NCBI GenBank assembly: GCA_977017645.1
Contig: OZ360222.1
Location: 90,086,001-90,150,000, forward strand
Direction: 5' to 3'
Length of the DNA: 64,000 nt
DNA from: Torpedo marmorata
Taxonomy: Eukaryota
Positions 59,301-64,000 of the stretch are shown here, piece by piece; position 1 is the first letter of the stretch, and each line of letters begins with the position of its first letter. The notes below the pieces were generated by a model. The model had not been told where the DNA came from, did no database searches, and saw only the letters and a list, made by a program, of their open reading frames with translations. A program made the position numbers and the translations under genes.

Positions 59301-60409
59301 CATAGTATCTTTGTTTAGTTCCTTCAATTAATTTTTCCATTTTATATGTTTGTAATAAATTATAATGTAATTTCTTCCCGATTAAATGATTCCTTTTTTG
59401 AATTGATCTGTTTTTTTGTAAATCTTTTTCCAAATATTCAATCTCCTTCTCAAGTTTTTCTACTTCCCTAAGATAATCTTTCTTAATTTTTGCTGAATAG
59501 CTTATTATTTGACCTCTTAAATAAGCTTTTAAAGCTTCCCAAATAATAAATTTATTATCAGTAGAATTAGAATTTATTTGTAAAAATTCCTGAATTTCCC
59601 TTCTGTTATAGTCACAAAAATCTTTCCTTTTTAATAAAGAAGAATTGAATCTCCAGCTATATACAGTTTTTTCTTTTTCCGGAATTATACAAGATATTAA
59701 TAAAGGTGAATGGTCAGAAATTATTCTCGCTTTATACGATGCTTGCGTTATTCTATCTTGAACCTGAGAAGACAATAAAAATAAATCTATCCTAGAATAT
59801 GAATCATGTCTGAAAGAATAAAAAGAATAATCTTTTTCCCTAGGATTCAATTTCCTCCAAATATCTATTAAATTTAAATCTTTCATCAAAGTAAGAACTC
59901 TTTTAGCAATTTTAGTTTTAACAAGTGATCTTGAAGTTTTATCCATTATTGGATCTAGACAACAATTGAAATCTCCCCCAATTAAAATATTCTCGTTAGC
60001 TTCTGACAAATGTAAAAAAGAATCTTGAATAAACTGTTCGTCATCTGCATTTGACACATACAAGTTCATAAGTGTCCAAAATTCTGAATAAATCTGGCAA
60101 TGTATCAAAACATATCTACCTGCCACATCTATAACTACCGATTGTATCTTAAAAGGTAACTTTTTATTAATTAATATAGCTACCCCTCTTGCTTTAGAAT
60201 TAAATGAAGAAGCCACCACTTGACCAATCCATTCTCTTTTTAACTTTTGATGTTCCGAATCTATCAAATGGGTCTCCTGTAAAAAAGCTATATCTACATT
60301 CAACTTTTTAATATATGCTAGAGTTCTCTTTCTTTTAATCGGATTATTAAGCCCATTTATATTAATACTTACTACATTTATTTTCTTACTATCCATCATA
60401 ACTAAATTT
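56332..60409 (-). mobile_element. L1 containing the whole ORF2 (frameshifted) but no ORF1, with a 15-bp TSD
   Basis: TSD aataaaaggaacctt at 56317-56331 and 60410-60424; ORF2 ATG at 60399. Confidence 0.95.
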
Positions 60410-60565
60410 AATAAAAGGAACCTTGAACCTTAGAGCAAGGGAAGGATTGCGTGGCAGTGGAAGAAAAGGTCAACAAGGTTGAAGCTGGAGATTATTTGCA
60501 GCATCTCATAATTTTTATCTACTGTCACAGTAGGGAGGTCATGATACTCTGTTCAAATGAGGATA

Positions 60566-60914
60566 CAGTAAAAGTCCTAAAATCCGGACTGTTCGTGGAT
60601 TGGGTCGGTCCGGATGTTTGGATTTTCCGGATTCTCGGGCAGTACTTTTAAAATTCAAATATAAGGAGAATAAAGAAGAAATGACAGGTACATTTTGATA
60701 GTCTATTAACAAAAAAATCTTTCATATAAAATACAAAGTACAAAAAAACAAATGAATATTTATTTGTTCATTTCCACGACTTCTGTGCATCTGTGATGCT
60801 TATGCACGCACGTACACAAAAGCCCGCTAAATTTAAAAAGTTTGAGAGTTTTCGAGAAGTCCGGAATCTCAGGTGGTCCAGATTTCTGGCATCTGGAGTT
60901 TTGGACTTTTACTG
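60566..60914. mobile_element. pogo/Tigger-like MITE
   Basis: TIR cagtaaaagtcc / ggacttttactg, TA TSD, subterminal tccgga repeats. Confidence 0.85.
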
Positions 60915-63106
60915 TACTTACTTTCTATTCTTTCTCTGCAGTGAGCAAGAGTGGAATGAAAACATGGTTTATCAGGATTACATTATCCTCCCATGGTTCA
61001 TGGTGCTTTTCCACCAACTCAATGGTATGTTAGTGTAACTGTTGGCAACAAATGGTACCAAGTCCTGGCTTACTGGCAGCAGGTACAATGGCTTAATTTT
61101 GTGAAATTCAATGTGATATAAATATTTGAGCAACTAAAGGGTGATTCCTGAGTGCAAAATGTTCTCCATTGGCTCCATTGCTCTGAAATTAATTGAAATT
61201 ACATGCAATTGTGGTGAATGTGAATACAGTCATGCCTTGATTCTAGATATGAAATAAAGCAGAATTGCAATTTGCAGAACTTAAATCAAGATTAGAGATA
61301 GCTTGCGGAATGTTGCCAAACCTCTGCACCATAGGACACATCCTCTGCTGCTGATAGGGGACAGCAAGTGGGAGTGCACTGGAAGAGGAGGAGGAAGAGA
61401 AAGAATAAGGGTTAGGATAGGGACAGGAAAACTTGCTAACCCCGTTCTCCAGATTATTTATGAGCAACTTATTCCCATTTTACAAGTCCCACATCCTGCC
61501 GTTCTCCCCTGTCATGAATTATCACAGCATCTGCTCAGTCATAATGCAGAAGCAAAACCCTCCAGAAAGTTTAGGTTCCAAACCAAGTTTATGTCAAAGT
61601 ATACCATTGTATATAGAAACATCAACTGGTAACCCTTGTGCATTCCATTAGCTCCAACTTTCTTTCCCTCTTCTGGTGCTCCAACACTACTATTGTCCCA
61701 GAGTAAACAGAGGCTGCACAACAGGAGCCTGAGCTTCTCCTGCAGCATTCGCATGTGGAGGGACATTTGCCTGTGCTGCAGTGGAAGTTGAGACAGGTCC
61801 ATCTGAGACTGCATTGTACTCATGGCAGTAACTATTACTTCATTGCTGAAAACGATGGGCTTCAAAATCTCCACTGAGTCTGACATCAGTTTGGTACTGG
61901 ATTCTGCCTGATACTGGAAGCAGGCTTTTATGGCAGGCTTGAAATGCACAAACTATTCCAAGCCCATATCAGTTAGGCTTCTTGTTCTCATCAGTATTGT
62001 CTGCAACATAATTTTTCAGAGGGGGAGCTGGAATCTGCTCTCCTCCAGCCATATGCCCTGATTCAGGCCTTGCACATGTAGCTCACTATTCACAGACCCC
62101 CATGTCTAAGTGAAGTCATACGTACGAACAATGACAATGCTGGTGCTGCTGTCCATGAGTGGCAGCTCATTTGCTTGCATGTCTTCATGTTATCAGATCA
62201 GTTCACAGGTTCAACTCTTCAAGGCACTGAGGCACAAGGTTAAGGTTACAGTGAGGGGATTGGCTCATGGGGAGTTGCTGGTTCTTAATGAGGCAAGTGG
62301 AATATGCTTACATCAACTGCAATTTTGCTTCAGAAAAGATTAGCAGATCTCTGAGAAATGAGATGGGGTAATGGGTGGATATTAGGAAACTCATTAACAC
62401 ATAATTCATTGAATTTTGAACATTGATTGTTAGTCATAACTCAGTTTTTTCATCTTTGACAGATGGAAATATCACTTCCCATTTCCCAGCTAAGTTATTT
62501 TCATTTCCATCATTGAGGATCATGTACTTTGAAGCCTGTGAACCTTTGTTAAAATTTCTAAGAGGGCGATGTTTCGACATGAGAAAGCTTTGTTTTGAAT
62601 AAATGGTAAACAAACTAATTTGAATTACTGATGAGATATCCCGTTTTCCCAGCTGTACATTTGATTGTTTCAGAGAAATGACTGGAGTGTATGTTCCGGT
62701 CAAATCTTTTTGTTCTTTGATTACTTATTGTGCACCATTTTGCAGCTTGCCTTGAACTTTGAGAGACAAGCAGCCCATGTTTTTCATTGAGCTTCCTCTT
62801 GCCATCTTCAAGCACTTGGAATCTTTACTTGAACATCCTAATTAAGAGCTTTCAGTATTCCTCTGGGACGTAGTGGTTAATGAGCATCATCCGGTAGGTC
62901 AGCTATGAGCTATTTACCCTGAGATAAGAGGAAAATTGTTGAAAATTCCCATGTTAATGAGAGCAGACCATTACAGAGAGCAGGAAAAAATAATGTGAAA
63001 TCAGTTCTTACAAAATTTTAGTAAATAAATCCGTTGCTTACCTCTTAATGTGTAGTGAGCATGGGCACCAATCATCTCCAATTACAGGAGATATCTCATG
63101 AACCAC

Positions 63107-63235
63107 AGATGGCGGCGCTGCCAGAGCCGCTGTAGCGGCAGCGCTGCCGCTGGTGTGGACCCGCGAGGAGCGGAGATACAGCGCTCCCGCGGGGTCCAGC
63201 CGCCCAGTCGACTGCCGTCAACTCCGCACGGGCTT
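63107..63235 (+). mobile_element. 5' end of the GC-rich non-coding retroposon family
   Basis: Starts agatggcgg; 63206-63235 matches the reverse complement of 21022-21051; cut by a CR1 insertion. Confidence 0.6.
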
Positions 63236-64000
63236 AGACAATAGACAATAGGAGCTGGAGTAGGCCCTTCGGCCCGTCAAGCCAGCACCGCCATTTTACA
63301 GATCATGGCTGATCACTACTATCAGTACCCCTTTCCAGCCTTATCCCCATAACCCTTAACTCCCCTGCCCACTAGAGTCTTATCTAACTCTCTTTTGAAC
63401 ATAATCAGCGAATCTGCCTCTACCACCCTCTGTGGCAGAGCATTCCACAGATTCACACTTCTCTAGGTAAAAAATTTTTTCCTCATCTCCGTCCTAAAGG
63501 GACTTCCCTGTATTCTTAAACTATGCCCTCTAGTCCTCGTCTCTCCCATCATTGGGAACAAGTAATCCGACTTCACCCTGTCTATCCCCTTGATAATCTT
63601 GTACACCTCAATCATGTCCCCCATCATCCTTCCAAGCTCCATCGGATATAAGTCCAGTTTTTCTAACCTTTCAGCATATGTCAATCCTGCCATCCCTGGA
63701 ACTAACCTTGTAAATCTGCGCTGCACACCCTCTATAGCTAATATGTCCTTCCTCAAATTTGGGGACCAGAACTGGACGCAATACTCCAGGTGAGGTCTCA
63801 CCAGGGCCCTGTACAACTGCAGAAGGGCGTCTCTGCTCCTATACTCCAATCCCCTCTTTATGAAAGCCAACATGCCATTTGCCTTCTTCACAGCTTTCTG
63901 AACCTGCATGTTAGCCTTCAGTGACAAGTACACCCAGATCCATTTGCACTTCCCCACTCCCTAGCTTGTCTCCATTTAAATAATACTCAGCTTTCCTATT
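63236..64000 (-). mobile_element. CR1 LINE 3' part
   Basis: KKANGMLAFI, LYRALVRPHLEYC, TRTRGH; tagacaa tail repeats. Confidence 0.92.

Noticed and set aside
61539-61949. 136-aa minus-strand ORF as a host gene
   Set aside because: Non-ATG start and no recognisable domain; at most part of a decayed Harbinger accessory gene.

Overview
Eukaryotic, vertebrate-type DNA made up mostly of nested transposable elements. HE1-like V-SINEs, HER1/CR1, Rex1-type LINEs and Neptune-type Penelope elements together suggest an elasmobranch (ray or shark); this is an inference. I could not recognise any host gene exon, rRNA, true tRNA or CRISPR array. Main contents: (1) a full-length L1 (10115-16695) with a second L1 nested in it, plus five other L1 copies, one 5'-inverted; (2) a complete Neptune-type Penelope-like element with ~650-bp pseudo-LTRs carrying minimal hammerhead-ribozyme motifs (32053-36603), plus many short hammerhead-bearing derivatives; (3) a Gmr1-like (integrase-before-RT) LTR retrotransposon (37979-43871) that keeps Gag, protease, integrase and RNase H motifs but has lost the RT polymerase core in frame, and a solo LTR of the same family; (4) CR1 and Rex1 fragments, four tRNA-derived SINEs, Tc2/pogo and hAT MITEs (one with a 240-bp internal hairpin), a GC-rich non-coding retroposon family and very old Harbinger relics. 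All alignments and motif calls were made by eye.
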